This document shows positions 1 through 14,216 of a stretch of 64,000 bases of DNA, piece by piece. Position numbers and translations under genes: made by a program. This stretch comes from the human T2T-CHM13v2.0 reference genome, Homo sapiens: the NCBI RefSeq assembly GCF_009914755.1, contig NC_060948.1; one strand, 5' to 3'. The first letter of the stretch is position 1; every line of letters begins with the position of its first letter. The notes under the pieces were generated by a model. It did not search any database, was not told the DNA's origin, and saw nothing but the letters and a program-made list of their open reading frames with translations.

Positions 1-20
1 GAATGGATTCGACTGGAATG

Positions 21-33
21 GAATGTTCTGGAA
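21..33. promoter_or_regulatory. Perfect three-unit heat shock element motif HSE-a, repeated in each monomer
   Basis: GAA-TG-TTC-TG-GAA matches GAAnnTTCnnGAA. Motif match only; binding is not shown. Confidence 0.45.
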
Positions 34-300
34 GTGAATGGACTCCAATGGAATGGATTCAAAAGGAATGGAATCGTACGGAATGGAATCTAATGGAATG
101 GAATTAAATGGAAATGAATCAAATTGAATAGCACGGAATTGAATTGAATGGAATGGAATGCAATGGAATCTAATGAAACGGAAAGGAAAGGAATGGAATG
201 GAATGGAATGGGCTGGAATGGAAAGGAATCGAAACGAATGGAATGGAATCGAACTGAAGAGACTGGAATGGAATGCACTGGAATGGAAGGGAGTGTAATG

Positions 301-313
301 GAAGGTTCTCGAA
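301..313. promoter_or_regulatory. Perfect three-unit heat shock element motif HSE-b, repeated in most monomers
   Basis: GAA-GG-TTC-TC-GAA matches GAAnnTTCnnGAA. Motif match only. Confidence 0.45.
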
Positions 314-1004
314 AAAAATGAAATCGAATGGAATGGAATTGAATGGAATGGAATAGAGTCGAATGGAATTGAATGGAATGGAATGGACTAGAGTGAAATG
401 GAATCGAACCACAAGGAATGGACAGGAATAGAATGGTCTCGAATTGAATGGAATCGTATGGAATGGCATCAAACGGAATGGAATGGACAGCCACGGAATG
501 GAATGCACTCGAATGCAATGGAGTCGAAACTAATGGACTGGAATAGAATGGACTCGACTGGTACGGACTCCAATGGAATGGAATCGAATGGAAGGGAATC
601 GAACGGAATGGACTCGAAGGGAAAAGACTGCAATGGAAAGGTCTCGAATGGAATGGAAATTAATGGAATGGAATGGAATCGAATGAAATGGAGTCAAAAG
701 GAATGGAATCGAATGGCAAGAAATCGAATGTAATGGAATCGCAAGGAATTGATGTGAACGGAACGGAATGGAATGGAATCCAAAGGAATGGAATAGAATG
801 GAATGGAATCGAATGGAAAGGACTCGAATGGAAATCACTCGAATAGAATGCAATTTAATAAAATAGGATCAAATGTAATGGAATGGAATGGAAAGGAATC
901 GAAACGAAAGGAATGGAGACAGATGGAATGGAATGGAACAGAGAGCAATGGTATAGAATGGAATGGAATCATCTGGAATGGAATTGAATGGAATGGAATA
1001 ATAT

Positions 1005-1030
1005 GAAATGGAATGGAATGGAATGGAATG
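1005..1030 (+). repeat. Internal pure (GGAAT)n tract 1, 4-7 copies across monomers
   Basis: Lies between AATATGAAAT and GCCCTTG; copies counted by eye in all 18 units. Confidence 0.8.
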
Positions 1031-1321
1031 CCCTTGAATTAAATGGACTGGAATGGAATGGACTCGAACAGAGTGGAATGGAAAGTGTTGAGATAGAATG
1101 GAATGGACTCCTTTGGAATGGTGTAGTATGCAATGCAATCGACTGGCAGGGAATCAAAAGGAATGTAATCGAATGGATTGGACTGGAATGCAATGGACTC
1201 GAATAGATTGGAAACGGAATGCAAAGGAATGGAATGGAATAGTATGGAATGGAATGGAAAGGAATGGAGTGGAATAGACTAGAGTGGAAAGGAATGGACT
1301 GGAAAGCAATGGACTGGAATG

Positions 1322-1334
1322 GAAGTTTCTTGAA
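1322..1334. promoter_or_regulatory. Perfect three-unit heat shock element motif HSE-c, polymorphic among monomers
   Basis: GAA-GT-TTC-TT-GAA here; GAA-CT-TTC-TT-GAA in most units. Motif match only. Confidence 0.45.
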
Positions 1335-2769
1335 TGGACTGGAATCAAACGGAATGGAATGCAATGCAATCAAATGGCATGGAATAAAATAGAATGAAAG
1401 AGAATCAAATGGAATTGAATCGAATGGAATCGAATGGATTGGAAAGGAATAGAATGGAATGGAATGGAATTGACTCAAATGGAATGGACTAGAATGGAAT
1501 GGATTCGAATGGAAGGCAAAGGAATGGAATCTATTGGAATGGACTGTAATGGAATGGAATGGAAGGGATTGGAATGGACTCGAATGGAATGGACTGCAAT
1601 AGAAAGGATTCGAATGGAATGAAAAAGAATTGAATGGAATAGAACAGAATGGAATCAAATCGAATGAAATGGAATGGAATAGAAAGGAATGGAATGAAAT
1701 GGAATGGAAAGGATTCGAATGGAATGCAATCGAATGGAATGGAATCGAACGGAATGGAATAAAATGGAAGAAAACTGGCAAGAAATGGAATCGAAATGAA
1801 TGGAGTGTTATGGAACGGACTCAAAAGGAATTGAATGTAATAGAATGGAGTGGAGTGGACTCGAATATAATGGACTGGAATGGAATGAAATCACATGGAA
1901 TGGGAACGAATGGAATGGAATGGAAAGGAATGGAATCGAATGGAAAGGAATCGAATGGAAGGGAATGAAATTGAATCAACAGGAATGGAAGGGAATAGAA
2001 TAGACGGTAATGGAATGGACTCGAATAGAATGGACACGAATGCTCAAATTGAATGGACTCGAATGGAATGGAAACGAAAGGAATGTCATCGAATGGAATT
2101 GAATCGATTGGAATGAAATCGCATAGAATGGAGTGGAATCAAATGGAATTGAATCGAAAGGAAAGGAAGCGAATGGACTGAAATGAAATGGAATGGAATT
2201 GAATGGAAAGTAATGCAATGGAATAGAATGGAACGAAATTTCACGGAATGGAATCAAACTGAATGGAATCAAATCAATGGAATCAAATCAAATGGAATGG
2301 AAAGGAATTGAATGGAGTAGATTGGATTGGATGGGATTGGAATGAAATGTACTGGAAAGCACTCGAATTCCATGAAACGGAATGGAATGAATTGGAACGG
2401 AATGGACTCGAATGGAATGGAATGTCATGGAATGGCATCAAATGGAATGGCATCAAATGGAATGGAATCGAATGCAATGGAATGCTATGGAATGGAATGG
2501 AATGCATTGGAATGGAATGTCCTCTAATGGAATGGATTCGAGTGGAATGGAATCGAATATAATGGAGTCGAATGAAATGGAATTGAAAGGAATGTGATCG
2601 AATACAATGGAATATACTGGAATGTAATGTAATGAACTCGAATATAATTGACTGGAATGGAATGTACATGAATGGAATGTAATCGAATGGAAAGTAATCC
2701 AATGGAATAGAATCTAATGCAATAAAATCGACTCAGATAGAGTAGAATGTAATGGAATGGAGTGCAGTG

Positions 2770-2860
2770 CAATGGAGTGGAATGGAATGGAATGCAATGG
2801 AATGGAATGGAATGGAATGGAATGGAATGGAATGGAATGGGATGGAATGGGATGGAATGG
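2770..2860 (+). repeat. Internal near-pure (GGAAT)n tract 2, hypervariable across monomers
   Basis: Lies between GTGCAGTGCAAT and GGTATGG; length and GCAAT/GGGAT interruptions differ from unit to unit. Confidence 0.8.
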
Positions 2861-3559
2861 TATGGAATGGATAGTAATGGACTGGAGTGAAATGGACTGG
2901 AAAGGAATGGACTCAAATTGAAAGGGCTCGAAAGGAATGGAGTCAAATGGAATGATCTGGAATGCAATGAACACGAATGTAATGCAATCCAATAGAATGG
3001 AATCGAATGGCATGGAATATAAAGAAATGGAATCGAAGAGAATGGAAACAAATGGAATGGAATTGAATGGAATGGAATTGAATGGAATGGGAACGAATGG
3101 AGTGAAATTGTATGCAGTAGAAGAGAATAGAATGGAATGCAAGCGAAAGGAAAGGAATGGATTGGAATGGAATGGAATTCATTGGAATGGAAGGGAATGT
3201 AGTGTAATGGACAGGCCTGGAATAAAGTGGAATGCTACGGTCTCGAATGGAATAAAAATGTATGGAATGGAATGCAATGAAACGGAATCGAATGTCATAG
3301 AATGTAATGGAATGCAAAAAAATGGAATCCAAAATCATTGACTGGAAAGGCTGGGTGTCGAAAGGAATTGACTCCAATGGAATGGAATCGAATGGAATGG
3401 AAGTGAACAGAATCGAACTAAATCGAATGGAATGGAATTGATAGGAACGGAATGGAAAGGAATGCAATGATTTGGCATGGAATGGAATCGAATGGAATGG
3501 AATGGAATGCAATGGAATGGAATGTATTAGAATGTAATGAACTTTAATGGAATGTACTC

Positions 3560-6500
3560 GAATGGATTCGACTGGAATGGAATGTTCTGGAAGTGAATGG
3601 ACTCCAATGGAATGGATTCAAAAGGAATGGAATCGTACGGAATGGAATCTAATGGAATGGAATTAAATGGAAATGAATCAAATTGAATAGCACGGAATTG
3701 AATTGAATGGAATGGAATGCAATGGAATCTAATGAAACGGAAAGGAATGGAATGGAATGGAATGGAATGGGCTGGAATGGAAAGGAATCGAAACGAATGG
3801 AATGGAATCGAACTGAAGAGACTGGAATGGAATGCACTGGAATGGAAGGGAGTGTAATGGAAGGTTCTCGAAAAAAATGGAATCGAATGGAATGGAATTG
3901 AATGGAACGGAATAGAGTCGAATGGAATTGAATGGAATGGAATGGACTAGAGTGAAATGGAATCGAACCACAAGGAATGGACAGGAATAGAATGGTCTCG
4001 AATTGAATGGAATCGTATGGAATGGCATCAAACGGAATGGAATGGACAGCCACGGAATGGAATGCACTCGAATGCAATGGAGTCGAAACTAATGGACTGG
4101 AATAGAATGGACTCGACTGGTACGGACTCCAATGGAATGGAATCGAATGGAAGGGAATCGAACGGAATGGACTCGAAGGGAAAAGACTGCAATGGAAAGG
4201 TCTCGAATGGAATGGAAATTAATGGAATGGAATGGAATCGAATGAAATGGAGTCAAAAGGAATGGAATCGAATGGCAAGAAATCGAATGTAATGGAATCG
4301 CAAGGAATTGATGTGAACGGAACGGAATGGAATGGAATCCAAAGGAATGGAATAGAATGGAATGGAATCGAATGGAAAGGACTCGAATGGAAATCACTCG
4401 AATAGAATGCAATTTAATAAAATAGGATCAAATGTAATGGAATGGAATGGAAAGGAATCGAAACGAAAGGAATGGAGACAGATGGAATGGAATGGAACAG
4501 AGAGCAATGGTATAGAATGGAATGGAATCATCTGGAATGGAATTGAATGGAATGGAATAATATGAAATGGAATGGAATGGAATGGAATGGAATGCCCTTG
4601 AATTAAATGGACTGGAATGGAATGGACTCGAACAGAGTGGAATGGAAAGTGTTGAGATAGAATGGAATGGACTCCTTTGGAATGGTGTAGTATGCAATGC
4701 AATCGACTGGCAGGGAATCAAAAGGAATGTAATCGAATGGATTGGACTGGAATGCAATGGACTCGAATAGATTGGGAACGGAATGCAAAGGAATGGAATG
4801 GAATAGTATGGAATGGAATGGAAAGGAATGGAGTGGAATAGACTAGAGTGGAATGGAATGGACTGGAAAGCAATGGACTGGAATGGAACTTTCTTGAATG
4901 GACTGGAATCAAACGGAATGGAATGCAATGCAATCAAATGGCATGGAATAAAATAGAATGAAAGAGAATCAAATGGAATTGAATCGAATGGAATCGAATG
5001 GATTGGAAAGGAATAGAATGGAATGGAATGGAATTGACTCAAATGGAATGGACTAGAATGGAATGGATTCGAATGGAAGGCAAAGGAATGGAATCTATTG
5101 GAATGGACTGTAATGGAATGGAATGGAAGGGATTGGAATGGACTCGAATGGAATGGACTGCAATAGAAAGGATTCGAATGGAATGAAAAAGAATTGAATG
5201 GAATAGAACAGAATGGAATCAAATCGAATGAAATGGAATGGAATAGAAAGGAATGGAATGAAATGGAATGGAAAGGATTCGAATGGAATGCAATCGAATG
5301 GAATGGAATCGAACGGAATGGAATAAAATGGAAGAAAACTGGCAAGAAATGGAATCGAAATGAATGGAGTGTTATGGAACGGACTCAAAAGGAATTGAAT
5401 GTAATAGAATGGAGTGGAGTGGACTCGAATATAATGGACTGGAATGGAATGAAATCACATGGAATGGGAACGAATGGAATGGAATGGAAAGGAATGGAAT
5501 CGAATGGAAAGGAATCGAATGGAAGGGAATGAAATTGAATCAACAGGAATGGAAGGGAATAGAATAGACGGTAATGGAATGGACTCGAATAGAATGGACA
5601 CGAATGCTCAAATTGAATGGACTCGAATGGAATGGAAACGAAAGGAATGTCATCGAATGGAATTGAATCGATTGGAATGAAATCGCATAGAATGGAGTGG
5701 AATCAAATGGAATTGAATCGAAAGGAAAGGAAGCGAATGGACTGAAATGAAATGGAATGGAATTGAATGGAAAGTAATGCAATGGAATAGAATGGAACGA
5801 AATTTCACGGAATGGAATCAAACTGAATGGAATCAAGTCAATGGAATCAAATCAAATGGAATGGAAAGGAATTGAATGGAGTAGATGGGATTGGATGGGA
5901 TTGGAATGAAATGTACTGGAAAGGACTCGAATTTCATGAAACGGAATGGAATGAATTGGAACGGAATGGACTCGAATGGAATGGAATGTCATGGAATGGC
6001 ATCAAATGGAATGGCATCAAATGGAATGGAATCGAATGCAATGATATGCTATGGAATGGAATGGAATGCATTGGAATGGAATGTCCTCTAATGGAATGGA
6101 TTCGAGTGGAATGGAATCGAATATAATGGAGTCGAATGAAATGGAATTGAAAGGAATGGGATCGAATAGAATGGAATATACTGGAATGTAATGTAATGAA
6201 CTCGAATGTAATTGACTGGAATGGAATGTACATGAATGGAATGTAATCGAATGGAAAGTAATCTAATGGAATAGAATCTAATGCAATAAAATCGACTCAG
6301 ATAGAGTAGAATGTAATGGAATGGAGTGCAGTGCAATGGAATGGAATGGAATGGAATACAATGGAATGGAATGGAATGGAATGGAATGGAATGGGATGGA
6401 ATGGTATGGAATGGATAGTAATGGACTGGAGTGAAATGGACTGGAAAGGAATGGACTCAAATTGAAAGGGCTCGAAAGCAATGGAGTCAAATGGAATGGT

Positions 6501-7113
6501 CTGGAATGGAATGAACACGAATGTAATGCAATCCAATAGAATGGAATCGAATGGCATGGAATATAAAGAAATGGAATCGAAGAGAATGGAAACAAATGGA
6601 ATGGAATTGAATGGAATGGAATTGAATGGAATGGGAACGAATGGAGTGAAATTGTATGCAGTAGAAGGGAATAGAATGGAATGCAAGCGAAAGGAAAGGA
6701 ATGGATTGGAATGGAATGGAATTCATTGGAATGGAAGGGAATGTAGTGTAATGGACAGGCCTGGAATAAAGTGGAATGCTACGGTCTCGAATGGAATAAA
6801 AATGTATGGAATGGAATGCAATGAAACGGAATCGAATGTCATAGAATGTAATGGAATGCAAAAAAATGGAATCCAAAATCATTGACTGGAAAGGCTGGGT
6901 GTCGAAAGGAATTGACTCCAATGGAATGGAATCGAATGGAATGGAAGTGAATAGAATCGAACTAAATCGAATGGAATGGAATTGATAGGAACGGAATGGA
7001 AAGGAATGCAATGATTTGGCATGGAATGGAATCGAATGGCATCGAATGGAATGGAATGGAATGCAATGGAATGGAATGTATTAGAATGTAATGAACTTTA
7101 ATGGAATGTACTC
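3560..7113 (+). repeat. Monomer 2 (3554 bp)
   Basis: Anchor-to-anchor distance; GGCC at 6758. Confidence 0.9.
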
Positions 7114-10100
7114 GAATGGATTCGACTGGAATGGAATGTTCTGGAAGTGAATGGACTCCAATGGAATGGATTCAAAAGGAATGGAATCGTACGGAATGGA
7201 ATCTAATGGAATGGAATTAAATGGAAATGAATCAAATTGAATAGCACGGAATTGAATTGAATGGAATGGAATGCAATGGAATCTAATGAAACGGAAAGGA
7301 AAGGAATGGAATGGAATGGAATGGGCTGGAATGGAAAGGAATCGAAACGAATGGAATGGAATCGAACTGAAGAGACTGGAATGGAATGCACTGGAATGGA
7401 AGGGAGTGTAATGGAAGGTTCTCGAAAGAAATGGAATCGAATGGAATGGAATTGAATGGAACGGAATAGAGTCGAATGGAATTGAATGGAATGGAATGGA
7501 CTAGAGTGAAATGGAATCGAACCACAAGGAATGGACAGGAATAGAATGGTCTCGAATTGAATGGAATCGTATGGAATGGCATCAAACGGAATGGAATGGA
7601 CAGCCACGGAATGGAATGCACTCGAATGCAATGGAGTGGAAACTAATGGACTGGAATAGAATGGACTCGACTGGTACGGACTCCAATGGAATGGAATCGA
7701 ATGGAAGGGAATCGAACGGAATGGACTCGAAGGGAAAAGACTGCAATGGAAAGGTCTCGAATGGAATGGAAATTAATGGAATGGAATGGAATCGAATGAA
7801 ATGGAGTCAAAAGGAATGGAATCGAATGGCAAGAAATCGAATGTAATGGAATCGCAAGGAATTGATGTGAACGGAACGGAATGGAATGGAATCCAAAGGA
7901 ATGGAATAGAATGGAATGGAATCGAATGGAAAGGACTCGAATGGAAATCACTCGAATAGAATGCAATTTAATAAAATAGGATCAAATGTAATGGAATGGA
8001 ATGGAAACGGATCGAAACGAAAGGAATGGAGACAGATGGAATGGAATGGAACAGAGAGCAATGGTATAGAATGGAATGGAATCATCTGGAATGGAATTGA
8101 ATGGAATGGAATAATATGAAATGGAATGGAATGGAATGGAATGGAATGCCCTTGAATTAAATGGACTGGAATGGAATGGACTCGAAGAGAGTGGAATGGA
8201 AAGTGTTGAGATAGAATGGAATGGACTCCTTTGGAATGGTGTAGTATGCAATGCAATCGACTGGCAGGGAATCAAAAGGAATGTAATCGAATGGATTGGA
8301 CTGGAATGCAATGGACTCGAATAGATTGGAAACGGAATGCAAAGGAATGGAATGGAATAGTATGGAATGGAATTGAAAGGAATGGAGTGGAATAGACTAG
8401 AGTGGAATGGAATGGACTGGAAAGCAATGGACTGGAATGGAACTTTCTTGAATGGACTGGAATCAAACGGAATGGAATGCAATGCAATCAAATGGCATGG
8501 AATAAAATAGAATGAAAGAGAATCAAATGGAATTGAATCGAATGGAATCGAATGGATTGGAAAGGAATAGAATGGAATGGAATGGAATTGACTCAAATGG
8601 AATGGACTAGAATGGAATGGATTCGAATGGAAGGCAAAGGAATGGAATCTATTGGAATGGACTGTAATGGAATGGAATGGAAGGGATTGGAATGGACTCG
8701 AATGGAATGGACTGCAATAGAAAGGATTCGAATGGAATGAAAAAGAATTGAATGGAATAGAACAGAATGGAATCAAATCGAATGAAATGGAATGGAATAG
8801 AAAGGAATGGAATGAAATGGAATGGAAAGGATTCGAATGGAATGCAATCGAATGGAATGGAATCGAACGGAATGGAATAAAATGGAAGAAAACTGGCAAG
8901 AAATGGAATCGAAATGAATGGAGTGTTACGGAACGGACTCAAAAGGAATTGAATGTAATAGAATGGAGTGGAGTGGACTCGAATATAATGGACTGGAATG
9001 GAATGAAATCACATGGAATGGGAACGAATGGAATGGAATGGAAAGGAATGGAATCGAATGGAAAGGAATCGAATGGAAGGGAATGAAATTGAATCAACAA
9101 GAATGGAAGGGAATAGAATAGACGGTAATGGAATGGACTCGAATAGAATGGACACGAATGCTCAAATTGAATGGACTCGAATGGAATGGAAACGAAAGGA
9201 ATGTCATCGAATGGAATTGAATCGATTGGAATGAAATCGCATAGAATGGAGTGGAATCAAATGGAATTGAATCGAAAGGAAAGGAAGCGAATGGACTGAA
9301 ATGAAATGGAATGGAATTGAATGGAAAGTAATGCAATGGAATAGAATGGAACGAAATTTCACGGAATGGAATCAAACTGAATGGAATCAAGTCAATGGAA
9401 TCAAATCAAATGGAATGGAAAGGAATTGAATGGAGTAGATGGGATTGGATGGGATTGGAATGAAATGTACTGGAAAGGACTCGAATTTCATGAAACGGAA
9501 TGGAATGAATTGGAACGGAATGGACTCGAATGGAATGGAATGTCATGGAATGGCATCAAATGGAATGGCATCAAATGGAATGGAATCGAATGCAATGGAA
9601 TGCTATGGAATGGAATGGAATGCATTGGAATGGAATGTCCTCTAATGGAATGGATTCGAGTGGAATGGAATCGAATATAATGGAGTCGAATGAAATGGAA
9701 TTGAAAGGAATGGGATCGAATAGAATGGAATATACTGGAATGTAATGTAATGAACTCGAATGTAATTGACTGGAATGGAATGTACATGAATGGAATGTAA
9801 TAGAATGGAAAGTAATCTAATGGAATAGAATCTAATGCAATAAAATCGACTCAGATAGAGTAGAATGTAATGGAATGGAGTGCAGTGCAATGGAATGGAA
9901 TGGAATGGAATACAATGGAATGGAATGGAATGGAATGGAATGGGATGGAATGGTATGGAATGGATAGTAATGGACTGGAGTGAAATGGACTGGAAAGGAA
10001 TGGACTCAAATTGAAAGGGCTCGAAAGCAATGGAGTCAAATGGAATGGTCTGGAATGGAATGAACACGAATGTAATGCAATCCAATAGAATGGAATCGAA

Positions 10101-10662
10101 TGGCATGGAATATAAAGAAATGGAATCGAAGAGAATGGAAACAAATGGAATGGAATTGAATGGAATGGAATTGAATGGAATGGGAACGAATGGAGTGAAA
10201 TTGTATGCAGTAGAAGGGAATAGAATGGAATGCAAGCGAAAGGAAAGGAATGGATTGGAATGGAATGGAATTCATTGGAATGGAAGGGAATGTAGTGTAA
10301 TGGACAGGCCTGGAATAAAGTGGAATGCTACGGTCTCGAATGGAATAAAAATGTATGGAATGGAATGCAATGAAACGGAATCGAATGTCATAGAATGTAA
10401 TGGAATGCAACAAAATGGAATCCAAAATCATTGACTGGAAAGGCTGGGTGTCGAAAGGAATTGACTCCAATGGAATGGAATCGAATGGAATGGAAGTGAA
10501 TAGAATCGAACTAAATCGAATGGAATGGAATTGATAGGAACGGAATGGAAAGGAATGCAATGATTTGGCATGGAATGGAATCGAATGGCATCGAATGGAA
10601 TGGAATGGAATGCAATGGAATGGAATGTATTAGAATGTAATGAACTTTAATGGAATGTACTC
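7114..10662 (+). repeat. Monomer 3 (3549 bp)
   Basis: Anchor-to-anchor distance; GGCC at 10307; shares second-half variants with monomer 2. Confidence 0.9.
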
Positions 10663-13600
10663 GAATGGATTCGACTGGAATGGAATGTTCTGGAAGTGAA
10701 TGGACTCCAATGGAATGGATTCAAAAGGAATGGAATCGTACGGAATGGAATCTAATGGAATGGAATTAAATGGAAATGAATCAAATTGAATAGCACGGAA
10801 TTGAATTGAATGGAATGGAATGCAATGGAATCTAATGAAACGGAAAGGAAAGGAATGGAATGGAATGGAATGGGCTGGAATGGAAAGGAATCGAAACGAA
10901 TGGAATGGAATCGAACTGAAGAGACTGGAATGGAATGCACTGGAATGGAAGGGAGTGTAATGGAAGGTTCTCGAAAAAAATGGAATCGAATGGAATGGAA
11001 TTGAATGGAACGGAATAGAGTCGAATGGAATTGAATGGAATGGAATGGACTAGAGTGAAATGGAATCGAACCACAAGGAATGGACAGGAATAGAATGGTC
11101 TCGAATTGAATGGAATCGTATGGAATGGCATCAAACGGAATGGAATGGACAGCCACGGAATGGAATGCACTCGAATGCAATGGAGTCGAAACTAATGGAC
11201 TGGAATAGAATGGACTCGACTGGTACGGACTCCAATGGAATGGAATCGAATGGAAGGGAATCGAACGGAATGGACTCGAAGGGAAAAGACTGCAATGGAA
11301 AGGTCTCGAATGGAATGGAAATTAATGGAATGGAATGGAATCGAATGAAATGGAGTCAAAAGGAATGGAATCGAATGGCAAGAAATCGAATGTAATGGAA
11401 TCGCAAGGAATTGATGTGAACGGAACGGAATGGAATGGAATCCAAAGGAATGGAATAGAATGGAATGGAATCGAATGGAAAGGACTCGAATGGAAATCAC
11501 TCGAATAGAATGCAATTTAATAAAATAGGATCAAATGTAATGGAATGGAATGGAAAGCAATCGAAACGAAAGGAATGGAGACAGATGGAATGGAATGGAA
11601 CAGAGAGCAATGGTATAGAATGGAATGGAATCATCTGGAAGGGAATTGAATGGAATGGAATAATATGAAATGGAATGGAATGGAATGGAATGGAATGGAA
11701 TGCCCTTGAATTAAATGGACTGGAATGGAATGGACTCGAACAGAGTGGAATGGAAAGTGTTGAGATAGAATGGAATGGACTCCTTTGGAATGGTGTAGTA
11801 TGCAATGCAATCGACTGGCAGGGAATCAAAAGGAATGTAATCGAATGGATTGGACTGGAATGCGATGGACTCGAATAGATTGGAAACGGAATGCAAAGGA
11901 ATGGAATGGAATAGTATGGAATGGAATGGAAAGGAATGGAGTGGAATAGACTAGAGTGGAATGGAATGGACTGGAAAGCAATGGACTGGAATGGAACTTT
12001 CTTGAATGGACTGGAATCAAACGGAATGGAATGCAATGCAATCAAATGGCATGGAATAAAATAGAATGAAAGAGAATCAAATGGAATTGAATCGAATGGA
12101 ATCGAATGGATTGGAAAGGAATAGAATGGAATGGAATGGAATTGACTCAAATGGAATGGACTAGAATGGAATGGATTCGAATGGAAGGCAAAGGAATGGA
12201 ATCTATTGGAATGGACTGTAATGGAATGGAATGGAAGGGATTGGAATGGACTCGAATGGAATGGACTGCAATAGAAAGGATTCGAATGGAATGAAAAAGA
12301 ATTGAATGGAATAGAACAGAATGGAATCAAATCGAATGAAATGGAATGGAATAGAAAGGAATGGAATGAAATGGAATGGAAAGGATTCGAATGGAATACA
12401 ATCGAATGGAATGGAATCGAACGGAATGGAATAAAATGGAAGAAAAGTGGCAAGAAATGGAATCGAAATGAATGGAGTGTTATGGAACGGACTCAAAAGG
12501 AATTGAATGTAATAGAATGGAGTGGAGTGCACTCGAATATAATGGACTGGAATGGAATGAAATCACATGGAATGGGAACGAATGGAATGGAATGGAAAGG
12601 AATGGAATCGAATGGAAAGGAATCGAATGGAAGGGAATGAAATTGAATCAACAGGAATGGAAGGGAATAGAATAGACGGTAATGGAATGGACTCGAATAG
12701 AATGGACACGAATGCTCAAATTGAATGGACTCGAATGGAATGGAAACGAAAGGAATGTCATCGAATGGAATTGAATCGATTGGAATGAAATCGCATAGAA
12801 TGGAGTGGAATCAAATGGAATTGAATCGAAAGGAAAGGAAGCAAATGGACTGAAATGAAATGGAATGGAATTGAATGGAAAGTAATGCAATGGAATAGAA
12901 TGGAACGAAATTTCACGGAATGGAATCAAACTGAATGGAATCAAATCAATGGAATCAAATCAAATGGAATGGAAAGGAATTGAATGGAGTAGATGGGATT
13001 GGATGGGATTGGAATGAAATGTACTGGAAAGGACTCGAATTTCATGAAACGGAATGGAATGAATTGGAACGGAATGGACTCGAATGGAATGGAATGTCAT
13101 GGAATGGCATCAAATGGAATGGCATCAAATGGAATGGAATCGAATGCAATGGAATGCTATGGAATGGAATGGAATGCATTGGAATGGAATGTCCTCTAAT
13201 GGAATGGATTCGAGTGGAATGGAATCGAATATAATGGAGACGAATGAAATGGAATTGAAAGGAATGGGATCGAATACAATGGAATATACTGGAATGTAAT
13301 GTAATGAACTCGAATGTAATTGACTGGAATGGAATGTACATGAATGGAATGTAATCGAATGGAAAGTAATCCAATGGAATAGAATCTAATGCAATAAAAT
13401 CGACTCAGATAGAGTAGAATGTAATGGAATGGAGTGCAGTGCAATGGAATGGAATGGAATGGAATGGAATGGAATGGAATGGAACGGGATGGAATGGGAT
13501 GGAATGGTATGGAATGGATAGTAATGGACTGGAATGAAATGGACTGGAAAGGAATGGACTCAAATTGAAAGGGCTCGAAAGCAATGGAGTCAAATGGAAT

Positions 13601-14216
13601 GGTCTGGAATGGAATGAACACGAATGTAATGCAATCCAATAGAATGGAATCGAATGGCATGGAATATAAAGAAATGGAATCGAAGAGAATGGAAACAAAT
13701 GGAATGGAATTGAATGGAATGGAATTGAATGGAATGGGAACGAATGGAGTGAAATTGTATGCAGTAGAAGGGAATAGAATGGAATGCAAGCGAAAGGAAA
13801 GGAATGGATTGGAATGGAATGGAATTCATTGGAATGGAAGGGAATGTAGTGTAATGGACAGGCCTGGAATAAAGTGGAATGCTACGGTCTCGAATGGAAT
13901 AAAAATGTATGGAATGGAATGCAATGAAACGGAATCGAATGTCATAGAATGTAATGGAATGCAAAAAAACGGAATCCAAAATCATTGACTGGAAAGGCTG
14001 GGTGTTGAAAGGAATTGACTCCAATGGAATGGAATCGAATGGAATGGAAGTGAATAGAATCGAACTAAATCGAATGGAATGGAATTGATAGGAACGGAAT
14101 GGAAAGGAATGCAATGATTTGGCATGGAATGGAATCGAATGGCATCGAATGGAATGGAATGGAATGCAATGGAATGGAATGTATTAGAATGTAATGAACT
14201 TTAATGGAATGTACTC
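10663..14216 (+). repeat. Monomer 4 (3554 bp)
   Basis: Anchor-to-anchor distance; GGCC at 13861. Confidence 0.9.

Larger units (their letters stand above)
1..3559 (+). repeat. Monomer 1 (3559 bp)
   Basis: Anchor-to-anchor distance. Has a private extra EcoRI site at 2365 and lacks the GGCATCGAAT decamer near 3490. Confidence 0.9.

Noticed and set aside
850-866. AATAAA polyadenylation-like signals (TTTAATAAAATAGG and others)
   Set aside because: These are easily derived from GAATGGA by point changes in an A-rich lattice, and there is no downstream GU/U-rich element or transcript evidence in the sequence.
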